A program made the translations under genes and the position numbers. A DNA stretch of 64,000 bases, taken from NCBI GenBank assembly GCA_902592275.1, contig CACJDW010000001.1:47175-111174 (forward strand), given 5' to 3'. Positions within the stretch are counted from its first letter, which is position 1. Each line of letters opens with the position of its first letter. Source of the stretch: an uncultured Pelagibacteraceae bacterium. GTDB taxonomy: Bacteria > Pseudomonadota > Alphaproteobacteria > Pelagibacterales > Pelagibacteraceae. Below are positions 9,722 through 19,338 of this stretch, piece by piece. Under the pieces are notes generated by a model. It did not search any database. It was not told the origin of the DNA and saw nothing but the letters and a program-made list of their open reading frames with translations.

Positions 9722-10738
9722 ATGAAGTTTTTAAAAAGATTAACTATCTCAATTTTCCTTTTATCATCTTTAGTTGTTAGTACTGCTAATGCAGGTGACT
9801 GTAAGGCTAGATTGGGAGATTTCGACTGGAGTAGTGCGAACATCCATACTGCAATCACACAGTTTATTCTTGAAAAAGGATATGGTTGTGAGGTTTCAGT
9901 AACTAAAGGAAGTACTACACCTATCATGGCTGCACACTACGATAAACAATTAGATGTTATTACTGAAGTTTGGTACGACAATATTATTGCTAACTATGAA
10001 CCACATGAACAAGCTGGTACAATTCAAAATATTGGAGTGAACACACCAGACTCGCAACAAGCGTTTTATGTTGATAAGGCAACAGCTGATAAATACAACT
10101 TAAAATCTGTAGAGGATATGAAAGATCCAAAAATAGCGGCGCTATTTAAAGATCCAGAAGATCCATCTAAAGGTAGAATGACTAGCTGTATTTCTGGCTG
10201 GACTTGTTACACAGTTAATATGGTTAAACAAATAGAGTATGGTTTAGACAAATACTATACTAACTTTGATCCAGGTTCTGGTGGTGCATTGGATGCTGCT
10301 ATCGCTGGTGCTTTCGCTAAGAAAAAACCTATCTTTACTTACTACTGGGCACCAACAGGTTTAATGGGAAAAGTTGAACTTGTTAGACTAAAAGAACCTG
10401 CTTTTGATGCTGATTGCTGGAATAAAATGTCTGCAGTTGTAGAAGACATTAAAGCAAACGGTCCTGATGCTTATAAAAAAAGTTGTGCTTGTGAATATAG
10501 AGATATGGCTTTAACAAAGTCTGTTTTAACTGATTGGGCAAAAGCGCACCCAGCAGAAACTGAGTTTTTAAAGAAATACACTATTCCAACAGCTACTGTT
10601 AACAAAATGTTAGCGTTCTACGAAGATGAGTCGGATGGTGACATGGAATTAACTGCTAAGGAGTTTTTAAAAACAGAATCAATGTGGAAAAGCTGGGTTC
10701 CAGCTGATGTAGCTTCTAAAGTTACTGCTGCATTGTAA
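9722..10738 (+). CDS. proX: Glycine betaine/choline/carnitine-type ABC substrate-binding protein
   Basis: Signal peptide; DWSS, GYGC, EVW, CISGWTC, YYWAPT motifs of the OpuAC/ProX family. Confidence 0.8.
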   Translation: MKFLKRLTISIFLLSSLVVSTANAGDCKARLGDFDWSSANIHTAITQFILEKGYGCEVSVTKGSTTPIMAAHYDKQLDVITEVWYDNIIANYEPHEQAGTIQNIGVNTPDSQQAFYVDKATADKYNLKSVEDMKDPKIAALFKDPEDPSKGRMTSCISGWTCYTVNMVKQIEYGLDKYYTNFDPGSGGALDAAIAGAFAKKKPIFTYYWAPTGLMGKVELVRLKEPAFDADCWNKMSAVVEDIKANGPDAYKKSCACEYRDMALTKSVLTDWAKAHPAETEFLKKYTIPTATVNKMLAFYEDESDGDMELTAKEFLKTESMWKSWVPADVASKVTAAL

Positions 10739-10755
10739 TCTATAATTAAATTTTG

Positions 10756-10782
10756 AAAGAGCCCTTTTGCGAGGGCTCTTTT
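10756..10782 (+). terminator. Hairpin/terminator between the SBP and permease genes
   Basis: AAAGAGCCCT-loop-AGGGCTCTTT followed by a T-rich tail. Confidence 0.75.
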
Positions 10783-10807
10783 ATTATTAGGATTAAAAAT
10801 TCATTTA

Positions 10808-11833
10808 ATGGATATAAAAAGAAATAAAAAACTATTTTTTAATATAGGTCTTCTAGTCTTCTTTGTTTGGCTACTAATAATTAGTTATAGCTCTTCAAAA
10901 AGAAAACCTGATAACATTGGTGAATTACTAAACGATTTTTCTTGGCTACAAAAATGGCCCAAATGGTTAGACCTTCCATTAATGAAGTGGATAAATATTG
11001 GTTTTAAAAAATTAAATGAAACTTATGGTTTTATTTTTGAAGCAATAAATAATTTTTTACTAGCAATGCTGATGGCTTTAAAAAATTTTTTAATATTAGC
11101 TCCATGGCCAGCTGTAGTGTTAGGGGTTACAGTTATAGCTTATTTTGCAAGTGGAAGAAAAATAAGAACAACTGTATTTGTTGGTTTTTGCACTTTCTTT
11201 ATTGGCTTTTTACATCCAATATTTTGGCAAAAAGCTATAGAAACCACAGCCATAATGTTAATAAGTATTTTTCTTTGTTTGGTATTTGGAATGCCAGTGG
11301 GAATTTTAATGTCTAGAGCTGAAAGGATAAGAAACAAAATACTCCCAGTTCTTGACTTAATGCAAACTATTCCAGCATTTGTATATTTAATTCCTGGAAT
11401 AATGCTTTTTGGATTAGGTGCTGTTCCAGCAATTATTGCTACATTTATTTATGCAGTACCTCCTTTGGTCAGACTAACAGATCTAGGAATAAGACTTGTA
11501 GATAAAGAGGTAATTGAAGCAGCAGATGCTTTTGGTGCAAGTAAAAAACAAAAATTATGGGGTGTGCAAATGCCATTAGCGTTACCCAATATTATGCAAG
11601 GTATAAACCAATGTACAATGATGGCTTTATCTATGGTGGTTATTGCATCAATGATTGGAACAAGGGGTTTAGGTGACGAAGTTCTGCTAGGTTTACAGCA
11701 GCTAAATGTTGGTAGAGCTGCAGAAGCAGGAATTGCGATAGTGCTTTTAGCTATCGTGCTTGATAGAATAACTCAATCTTACGGAGAAACTTTACAAGAA
11801 AGACGAGCTCCAGAAAAAAAGAAAGGTAAATAA
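10808..11833 (+). CDS. proW: Glycine betaine/proline ABC permease
   Basis: LDLMQTIPAFVYLIP, EAADAFGAS (EAA loop), GINQCTMMALSMVV. Confidence 0.9.
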   Translation: MDIKRNKKLFFNIGLLVFFVWLLIISYSSSKRKPDNIGELLNDFSWLQKWPKWLDLPLMKWINIGFKKLNETYGFIFEAINNFLLAMLMALKNFLILAPWPAVVLGVTVIAYFASGRKIRTTVFVGFCTFFIGFLHPIFWQKAIETTAIMLISIFLCLVFGMPVGILMSRAERIRNKILPVLDLMQTIPAFVYLIPGIMLFGLGAVPAIIATFIYAVPPLVRLTDLGIRLVDKEVIEAADAFGASKKQKLWGVQMPLALPNIMQGINQCTMMALSMVVIASMIGTRGLGDEVLLGLQQLNVGRAAEAGIAIVLLAIVLDRITQSYGETLQERRAPEKKKGK

Positions 11834-12858
11834 TGTCTAAAATAGAGATTAAAAATGTTTACAAAATTTTTGGAAACAATCCTCAGTCTGTAATGCCGAT
11901 GGTAAAAGATGGTGCCAACAAAGAAGAGGTTTTAGAACAAACTGGACATACAGTTGGACTTGATAATGTTTCATTGAATATTGAGGAAGGCGAAACGTTT
12001 GTATGTATGGGTCTTTCAGGATCAGGAAAATCTACACTAATTAGACATCTTAACAGACTGATTGATCCAACTGATGGTGAAATTTTAGTTGAAGGAACAA
12101 ATGTAATGTCATTCAACAAAGAACAGCTTATTGATTTTAGAAGACACAAAATGAGCATGGTGTTTCAAAGATTTGGTTTATTTCCTCACAAAACTGTTTT
12201 GCAAAACGTTGGTTATGGTTTGGAAATGCAGGGCAAGCCCGAAGATGAAAGAGACAGAACTGCTATGGAAAAAATTGAAGCTGTTGGCTTAACTGGTTTT
12301 GAAAATCAATTTCCCAATCAATTATCAGGTGGTATGCAACAAAGAGTTGGTTTAGCAAGAGCACTTGCAACCGATAGCGACATCATGTTGATGGATGAAG
12401 CGTTTAGTGCTTTAGATCCTTTAATTAGAAGTGATATGCAAAAACAATTACTTGATCTTCAATCAGAATTGAAAAAAACCATCGTATTTATTACTCATGA
12501 TTTAGATGAGTCATTAAGACTTGGAGATCATATTGGAATATTAAATGCTGGTAAATTAGTTCAAGTTGGAACACCGGTTGATATCATAATGAACCCAGCA
12601 GATGATTATGTAAAAGCATTCGTTAAAGATGTAAATAGAGCAAAAGTAATAAAAGCTAAAGTAGTTATGAAAAAAACTGAAGAAGCAAATGAAATTGATA
12701 AATCTAATTTAATAAAAGTTAATGAAGATCAATTTATAGAAGAATTTTTACCTCAAATTGTTTGTTCAAATTCAAACTGTGAGGTTGTTGATAAAAGTGG
12801 AAATGTAAAAGGTTATATATCAAATAAAGAACTACAGACATCACTAACAAAATCTTAA
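11833..12858 (+). CDS. proV: Glycine betaine/proline ABC ATP-binding protein
   Basis: GLSGSGKS, LSGGMQQRVG, MDEAFSALDPLIR. Confidence 0.9.
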   Translation: MSKIEIKNVYKIFGNNPQSVMPMVKDGANKEEVLEQTGHTVGLDNVSLNIEEGETFVCMGLSGSGKSTLIRHLNRLIDPTDGEILVEGTNVMSFNKEQLIDFRRHKMSMVFQRFGLFPHKTVLQNVGYGLEMQGKPEDERDRTAMEKIEAVGLTGFENQFPNQLSGGMQQRVGLARALATDSDIMLMDEAFSALDPLIRSDMQKQLLDLQSELKKTIVFITHDLDESLRLGDHIGILNAGKLVQVGTPVDIIMNPADDYVKAFVKDVNRAKVIKAKVVMKKTEEANEIDKSNLIKVNEDQFIEEFLPQIVCSNSNCEVVDKSGNVKGYISNKELQTSLTKS

Positions 12859-12861
12859 TTA

Positions 12862-13650
12862 ATGGTTAACCAATCATTAAAGAATAAAAAAATAATAATT
12901 TCTGCAGGAGCATCTGGGATAGGTTTAGCTACAGCTAAAGTATGTCTTGCGCGTGGAGCATATGTTTATCTTTGTGATATTGACACTAAATCTTTAAACA
13001 AACTTAATAAACATCCTTTAAAAAATAAAAGATTGTTCTCATATGCGTGTGATGCCTCAGATGAAAATCAAGTTTCAGATTTATTTAAGAAAATAAACAA
13101 GAAAACAAAAAAAATCGATGCTTTAATAAATAATGTTGGAATTGCTGGACCAACCGGATCACTAGAAAAACTTAAATCTGAAGATTGGGAAAGAACCATA
13201 CAAGTAGATGTTAATAGTCATTTTTATTTTACTAAAAAAGCTATACCTTTAATTAAAAAGTCTAAAAATGGATCAATAATAAATATTTCATCAACAGCTG
13301 GAATATTAGGTTTTCCTTTAAGATCCCCTTATGCGGCAAGCAAATGGGCAATCATTGGAGTTACCAAAACATTGGCAATGGAACTAGGTAAATTCAATAT
13401 AAGAGTTAATGCAGTATGTCCTGGTTCAATAAAAGGCGAAAGAATGAAAAGAGTAATAAGAGATAAAGCAAAGTTTACAAAAGTTTCTTCAAAAAAAGTT
13501 GAAAAAGAATTTATTTCAATGAGTTCTATGAAAAAATGGATCCTAGAGGAAGATATAGGAAAAATGTGTGCTTTTTTAATATCCGATGACTCAAGTAAAG
13601 TTTCAGGGCAGGTAATTTCTGTAGATGGACATACAGAAAGAAACGACTAA
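12862..13650 (+). CDS. Short-chain dehydrogenase/reductase
   Basis: SAGASGIG, NNVG, YAASK (YxxxK). Confidence 0.88.
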   Translation: MVNQSLKNKKIIISAGASGIGLATAKVCLARGAYVYLCDIDTKSLNKLNKHPLKNKRLFSYACDASDENQVSDLFKKINKKTKKIDALINNVGIAGPTGSLEKLKSEDWERTIQVDVNSHFYFTKKAIPLIKKSKNGSIINISSTAGILGFPLRSPYAASKWAIIGVTKTLAMELGKFNIRVNAVCPGSIKGERMKRVIRDKAKFTKVSSKKVEKEFISMSSMKKWILEEDIGKMCAFLISDDSSKVSGQVISVDGHTERND

Positions 13651-14045
13651 TTCGAAAACCTTTTATACTTTGGGAGTTTATCAGTAATTTTATAAAAATC
13701 TGATTTAGTACCAACAAATATATTTCTCATCGTCTTAAGACCTGTTTTTCCATTAAACATACCCGCAGCTATTGATACATTGTCTGTGTTTTTAAATTTA
13801 AAAAAAATACTAGCCCCACATTTATTGCAAAATCCTCTTTTTGCACTACTGGATGATTTAAACCATTTGAGAGTTTTTTTATTTATAAATTTAATATCTT
13901 TATCTTTAACATTAGAATAAGCACCATAAATACCATGGGTTTTTCTACATTGAATACAATGACAATTTGAAACATTTCTATGTTCACCACTAGTTTTAAA
14001 CTTTACTCCTTTACATAAACAACTAGCTGTTAAAGTTTTTTTCAT
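13647..14045 (-). CDS. GFA/CENP-V family Zn protein
   Basis: CLC, CHCIQC and FCNKCG cysteine pattern. Confidence 0.82.
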   Translation of the reverse strand: MKKTLTASCLCKGVKFKTSGEHRNVSNCHCIQCRKTHGIYGAYSNVKDKDIKFINKKTLKWFKSSSSAKRGFCNKCGASIFFKFKNTDNVSIAAGMFNGKTGLKTMRNIFVGTKSDFYKITDKLPKYKRFSN

Positions 14046-14989
14046 TATCTTCTAATTTTATTTTCGTATTTTTTTCTTAATTTTTGAAGATCAACTAAAT
14101 ACTGATCTCTTATATTTGATATCATTGCAACCGATTTACCTTTGGCTTGTTTTGCTGTTCCAGAAATAAGTCTTGATGATAATTTATTTGATAATTTTGG
14201 TGCTTTTAACTTTGTCCAAGGTAACTTTAAAGCAGGTCCAAATTGCTCTAACATATGTTTCATTCCTGCTTTTCCACCTGCAAGGTGAAAAGTTAAAAAT
14301 GTACCCATTAACGACCATCTTAATCCTGGACCATCTTCAATTGCCCTATCTAATTCCTCCGTAGTTGCATACCCCTCATTAATTATATGTAAACCTTCTC
14401 TCCATAATGCTTCTTGCAATCTATCTGATAAATAACCAGGTAATTCATTTTTTACCATAATTGGATTCATAGAAATCGATTCATAAAATTTTTTAGCTAA
14501 ATTTAAATTTTTTCTTAAAGTTCTCTTACCTGGAACAATTTCTACAGCAGGCAATAAATAAACAGGATTAAACGGGTGTCCAATTATACCTCGCTCTGGA
14601 TTTTTGCATTTTGAATAAATTCTTGTTGGGAGCAAACCTGAAGAGCTTGAAGAAATTATAGAATTTGGTTTTGCATGCTTTCCAATTTTATTCATCAGTT
14701 TAGTTTTTAAAGAATAGTTTTCAGTTGCACATTCCTGAATAAAGTCTGCTTCTTTTAACGCCTGTTCTATTGAAGTAAAAAAATAAAAATTTTTAAGATT
14801 TAGTTTTTTTTTGTTAAAAAGTTTTTTTACAAATGGCCATGTTCTTTTTATTTCGGATATTAAATTTTTTTTTAACTTGATATCCTTATCAAATGCATAA
14901 ACAATTTTGTTATGAGCTAAACAACGTATGATCCACCCTGCTCCAATTACACCTGTTCCAATTACAGCAACTTTTTTAATATTTTGCAT
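14045..14989 (-). CDS. lcdH: L-carnitine dehydrogenase (3-hydroxyacyl-CoA dehydrogenase family)
   Basis: GTGVIGAGW, HPFNPVYLLP, DRLQEALWRE, GPGLRW, QFGPALKLPWTKL; next to BKACE and thioesterase genes. Confidence 0.8.
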   Translation of the reverse strand: MQNIKKVAVIGTGVIGAGWIIRCLAHNKIVYAFDKDIKLKKNLISEIKRTWPFVKKLFNKKKLNLKNFYFFTSIEQALKEADFIQECATENYSLKTKLMNKIGKHAKPNSIISSSSSGLLPTRIYSKCKNPERGIIGHPFNPVYLLPAVEIVPGKRTLRKNLNLAKKFYESISMNPIMVKNELPGYLSDRLQEALWREGLHIINEGYATTEELDRAIEDGPGLRWSLMGTFLTFHLAGGKAGMKHMLEQFGPALKLPWTKLKAPKLSNKLSSRLISGTAKQAKGKSVAMISNIRDQYLVDLQKLRKKYENKIRR

Positions 14990-15876
14990 TACTTGTGTTT
15001 AACAAGTTTTAACTTCTCTCTTGTTTCTGCAGGTGTCATTGTTGTTGCACCTAGATCTTCAACAATTCTAAGTGCTTTTTCAACTAGCTGAGCATTTGTT
15101 GCTAGTTTGCCTTTAGATAAATACAAATTATCTTCTAAACCCACTCTTGGATTACCACCCATAATTACTGTTTGTGCTACGAATGGCATCTCATTTTTCG
15201 AAATTGCAAAGCCTGACCACACACCTTCTTTTGGCATAATATCTTTCATTGCTTGCATTGCTAATGGAGTAGCTGGCGCTCCCCATGGAATTCCTAAACA
15301 CATTTGAAACATTGGAGGATCATCTAACAATCCTTCTTTATACAGTTGTGCTCCAAACCACATATTTCCTAAATCAAATGCTTCTATTTCTGGTTTTACT
15401 TTAATTTCTTTTAATCGTTTTGCAGCTTTTCTTAAATCGTTTGGAGTATTAACCGTTATAACTGAACTATCACCAAAATTTAAAGTTCCACAATCTAGTG
15501 TACAAATTTCAGGTAAAAATTGTTCAGCATTAGCAATTCTTTCCATAACATTTGCCATATCAGTCATTGGTCCAAACTCTAACGGGTCTTTGCCTTGACC
15601 AATGTCTAAATCCCCACCCATTCCAGTTGTTAAATTCAAAATAACATCCGTATCACTTGAACGAACTCTATCTACAACTTCTTTATATAATTCTAACCTC
15701 CTGCTTGGTCTTCCATCTTCTTCTCTTACGTGAATATGTGCTATTGCAGCTCCTGCCTTCGCAGCTTCAATTGCCGCTGTTGCAATTTGTTCTGGTGTTT
15801 TTGGTAAATCTGGATGCTTACTTGCTGTGTCTCCTGACCCAGTTACAGCACACGATATGAATACCTTGTTGTTCAT
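14989..15876 (-). CDS. Beta-keto acid cleavage enzyme (BKACE/Kce family), probable 3-dehydrocarnitine cleavage enzyme (CdhC-like)
   Basis: CAVTG, AHIHVR Zn motif, TLDCGTLNFG, RVGLEDN. Confidence 0.82.
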   Translation of the reverse strand: MNNKVFISCAVTGSGDTASKHPDLPKTPEQIATAAIEAAKAGAAIAHIHVREEDGRPSRRLELYKEVVDRVRSSDTDVILNLTTGMGGDLDIGQGKDPLEFGPMTDMANVMERIANAEQFLPEICTLDCGTLNFGDSSVITVNTPNDLRKAAKRLKEIKVKPEIEAFDLGNMWFGAQLYKEGLLDDPPMFQMCLGIPWGAPATPLAMQAMKDIMPKEGVWSGFAISKNEMPFVAQTVIMGGNPRVGLEDNLYLSKGKLATNAQLVEKALRIVEDLGATTMTPAETREKLKLVKHK

Positions 15877-15923
15877 TTTAAGTAAGATTTATACTATTAT
15901 AAAAAGGACGAGGGAATAAAAAA

Positions 15924-16391
15924 ATGTCATTTCACATAACAGATCAAACAATCAAAAAAGAATGGACCGATTACAATAATCACATGAACATGGCTTACTA
16001 TGTCCTGATTTTTGATCAGACTTGGGAGATAATTCTTGAAAAATTTAAGATGGGTGAAAAATCTGCAAAGGATACTCAACGAAGTACTATGGTTGTTGAA
16101 ACCCGAACTACTTATGATGGAGAAGTTAAAGAAGGAGATCAGGTTGAAATTGTTTTAAGCTTTTTTGATCATGATAAAAAGAGACTACATTTCAAAATGG
16201 AAATGATTGAAAAATCATCAAAAAAATTATCTGCAACTATCGAAATGTTAGCTCTCTATATTGATCTTAGTAAAAGAAAAGTTACAGAATTTGAGGAAGA
16301 AAAAATTAAAATTATGGACGACTTTATAAATGAAAATAAAAATGAATTTAATTCTGATAATTTAACAATTATAGGAAAACTTAAAAAATGA
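15924..16391 (+). CDS. Hot-dog thioesterase, probable betainyl-CoA thioesterase (CdhB-like)
   Basis: WTDYNNHMNMAYY and DKKRLH motifs; divergent from the carnitine genes. Confidence 0.72.
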   Translation: MSFHITDQTIKKEWTDYNNHMNMAYYVLIFDQTWEIILEKFKMGEKSAKDTQRSTMVVETRTTYDGEVKEGDQVEIVLSFFDHDKKRLHFKMEMIEKSSKKLSATIEMLALYIDLSKRKVTEFEEEKIKIMDDFINENKNEFNSDNLTIIGKLKK

Positions 16392-17218
16392 TTGATGTAA
16401 AATTATTATCAGGGGCATTAGGTGCAGAAATAAATGGAATTAATTTAACTGATGTTTCAGATGAAAATTTTAAAAAAATAAATGATCTATTGTTAGAACA
16501 CAAAGTTATTTTTTTTAGAGATCAACCTTTAACCACAGAACAGCATATTGCATTAGCTGCAAAGTTTGGCCCATTAGAAACACATGCATATGTTAAAGGC
16601 CGAAGTGAATTTCCTGAAATTGTAAGAATAATTAAAAAACCTGATGAAAAAACACAATGGGGCGAAGGTTGGCACTCAGATGTTAGTTACAATAAAAAGC
16701 CAACAAAGGCAGTTGTTTTAAAATCAATTAAAATTCCTCCAGTTGGAGGGGATACTGTTTTTTCAAATATGGAACTTGCATGGAAAACATTAGATGATGA
16801 GATGAAAAATAAGATTAAAGATAAAAAAGCTGTTCATTCATCAAGGGGTGGAGGGTTTTTCCTAGATAAATATAAAGCGATGGAGAGCAATGGAAATATG
16901 GATGAATACTCAAATACTCATCCAATTTTAAGAACTCATCCCGAAACAGGTAAAAAAATTCTTTTTGTTAACTGGACCTATACAAAAGAAATAGTTGGCA
17001 TGGATAAAAAAGAAAGTGATGAGATATTAAATTATTTATTTGAACATCAAGCTAGATTAGATCTTACTTGTAGATTTAAATGGACAGAAAATGCAATTGC
17101 GATCTGGGATAATAGAAGTGTTCAACACTATGCGATCGCTGATTTTTATCCAAATAAAGGACTTGGTTTTGAAAGAATAATGGATCGTATTGCTATTGAA
17201 GGGGATCATCCACAATAA
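16388..17218 (+). CDS. TauD/TfdA family Fe(II)/2OG dioxygenase
   Basis: LGAEI, VIFFRDQ, WHSD (HxD), GGDT, HPETG, WDNRSVQH. Confidence 0.88.
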   Translation: MIDVKLLSGALGAEINGINLTDVSDENFKKINDLLLEHKVIFFRDQPLTTEQHIALAAKFGPLETHAYVKGRSEFPEIVRIIKKPDEKTQWGEGWHSDVSYNKKPTKAVVLKSIKIPPVGGDTVFSNMELAWKTLDDEMKNKIKDKKAVHSSRGGGFFLDKYKAMESNGNMDEYSNTHPILRTHPETGKKILFVNWTYTKEIVGMDKKESDEILNYLFEHQARLDLTCRFKWTENAIAIWDNRSVQHYAIADFYPNKGLGFERIMDRIAIEGDHPQ

Positions 17219-17221
17219 TAA

Positions 17222-17758
17222 ATGAAAATAATTTATAAAATCATTTCAAATTTTATAAATAACAAATCTTTGTACATTGGTGAAAAAGTGACTATGTCGG
17301 AACATATGATTCAATCCGCCATGCTTGCTGAGAAAGCTAAGTGTAACGATGATTTAATTTGTGCATGTTTACTACATGACTATGGTCATTTTCTTTTAGA
17401 AGATCCTGATGAATTAGTTAAAAATAAATTAGACGGAGAACATGAAAATATTGGATATCAGTATCTTAAAAAATTTTTTGGACAAAAAATTGTTGAGCCA
17501 ATTAAATATCATGTTTTAGCTAAACGTTATTTAGCTAGAGACAAAAAATATTTTGATTATTTATCAAATGCGTCAAAAATTAGCCTTAAGTTACAAGGAG
17601 GAGTTCTAAATGCTAAAGAGAGTAAAGAATTTGAAAATAAATCTTACTTTAAGCCATCAATTCTTCTTCGAAAATTTGATGAGGCTGCAAAAAGAACTGA
17701 CATTAAAATGAAATCTATTCATGACTATGAAAAGTTGTTAAGTTCCAAACTTATATGA
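17222..17758 (+). CDS. HD-domain diiron oxygenase, PhnZ/TmpB-like
   Basis: YIGE..EH, LLHDYGH, EHE, HVLAKRYL, S..SL.LQGG, R.FD..AK, i.e. the PhnZ-type metal/substrate residue pattern. Confidence 0.8.
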   Translation: MKIIYKIISNFINNKSLYIGEKVTMSEHMIQSAMLAEKAKCNDDLICACLLHDYGHFLLEDPDELVKNKLDGEHENIGYQYLKKFFGQKIVEPIKYHVLAKRYLARDKKYFDYLSNASKISLKLQGGVLNAKESKEFENKSYFKPSILLRKFDEAAKRTDIKMKSIHDYEKLLSSKLI

Positions 17759-19338
17759 ATTTCGATTATTTAATAATTGGTGCTGGAAGTGCAGGCTGTG
17801 TACTTGCAAATCGATTAACAGAAAACAATCAAAACAATGTAGCAATATTTGAAGCTGGGAAACCCAGTGATATTTGGAAAGTTAACATGCCACTTGCGAT
17901 TTTATATACAATGCATGATCCAAAATATAACTACAAATATTATTCAGAACCAGAACCTCATTTACATAATAGAAGATTATTTTGTCCAAGAGGAAAAATG
18001 ATTGGTGGATGTTCTGCTCATAATGGAATGGTATTTGTAAGAGGAAACCCAAATGATTATCAAAGGTGGGCATCTTTTGGATTGGATGATTGGTCGTATG
18101 AAAAAGTCCTTCCTTATTTTAAAAAAATTGAAACCTGGTCTGAGGGAGAAAATGAATATCGTGGTGGTACAGGAATATTGCCAGTAAACCAATCTAAAAA
18201 TAAAAATCCTTTATTCAAAGCGTTTGTCGATTCAGCTGGCGAGGCTGGTTATAAAATAAACAACGACATGAATGGTAAAGAACAAGAAGGTTTTGGAATG
18301 TACGATGTTACTATTCATAATGGTGAAAGAGCAAGTGTATCTAAATATTATTTAAATCCTGCCAAAAAAAGAAAAAACCTAAAAGTATTCACAGAAGCTT
18401 TTGTTGAGAGAATTATATTTGATGGAAAAAAAGCAATTGGAATTGAAGTAAAAATCAAAAATAAAATCGAAAAGATTTATGCTAATAAAGAAGTGATTTT
18501 AAGTGGAGGTGCAATTAATTCACCACAATTACTAATGCTTTCTGGAATTGGTCCAAGCCAACACTTAAAAGACAAGGGAATTGATGTTGTTCATAACTTA
18601 GAGGGTGTTGGAAAAAACTTACAAGATCATCTAGAAACCTACGTTCAGCAGGAATGTAAAACCAAAGATACTTTATATTCATACGTTAATAAACTTAATA
18701 TGATAAGGATTGGTATTCAGTGGTTTTTAAATAGAAGTGGTCCCTGCTCTACTTCTTTCTTAGAAGCTGGAGGTTTTTGTAAATCATCTCCAGAAAGAGA
18801 ATATCCAAATATTCAATTTCATTTTTTTCCTGCTTTCGTAATTGATCATGGATTAGTTGATCCAGACAGGCATGGTTACCAATTACATGCGAGTCCAAAC
18901 CATCCAAAAAGTAGAGGTCATATAACTTTAAACAGTTCAGACCCTTATGATTATCCAAAAATTCAATTTAATTATCTAGAACATGAAGATGATTTAAAGC
19001 AAACCATAGAATGTATTCATGTAGCTAGAAAAATTTTGGGGCAAGACTCTCTGAAGCCTTTTGCGGGTAAAGAAATTGGACCAGGAGAACATGCTCAAAC
19101 AAATGAGGTATTTGAAGAATATATTAGATCTAAAGCTGAGACTGCTTATCACCCATCATGCACTTTAAAAATGGGTGTGGATAATATGGCTGTTGTAGAT
19201 CAAAAACTAAAAGTTCATGGTGTTGAAAATCTAAGAATAGTTGATGCGTCTGTAATGCCTGAAATTACAAGTGGAAACCTAAATGCCCCAACATTAATGA
19301 TTGCTGAAAGGGCCTCAGATTTTATTCTTAATTCATGA
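17755..19338 (+). CDS. betA: Choline dehydrogenase (GMC oxidoreductase)
   Basis: GAGSAG FAD motif, PRGKMIGG, GAINSPQLLMLSGIG, NLQDH, AYHPSCT, GNLNAPT. Confidence 0.82.
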   Translation: MNFDYLIIGAGSAGCVLANRLTENNQNNVAIFEAGKPSDIWKVNMPLAILYTMHDPKYNYKYYSEPEPHLHNRRLFCPRGKMIGGCSAHNGMVFVRGNPNDYQRWASFGLDDWSYEKVLPYFKKIETWSEGENEYRGGTGILPVNQSKNKNPLFKAFVDSAGEAGYKINNDMNGKEQEGFGMYDVTIHNGERASVSKYYLNPAKKRKNLKVFTEAFVERIIFDGKKAIGIEVKIKNKIEKIYANKEVILSGGAINSPQLLMLSGIGPSQHLKDKGIDVVHNLEGVGKNLQDHLETYVQQECKTKDTLYSYVNKLNMIRIGIQWFLNRSGPCSTSFLEAGGFCKSSPEREYPNIQFHFFPAFVIDHGLVDPDRHGYQLHASPNHPKSRGHITLNSSDPYDYPKIQFNYLEHEDDLKQTIECIHVARKILGQDSLKPFAGKEIGPGEHAQTNEVFEEYIRSKAETAYHPSCTLKMGVDNMAVVDQKLKVHGVENLRIVDASVMPEITSGNLNAPTLMIAERASDFILNS

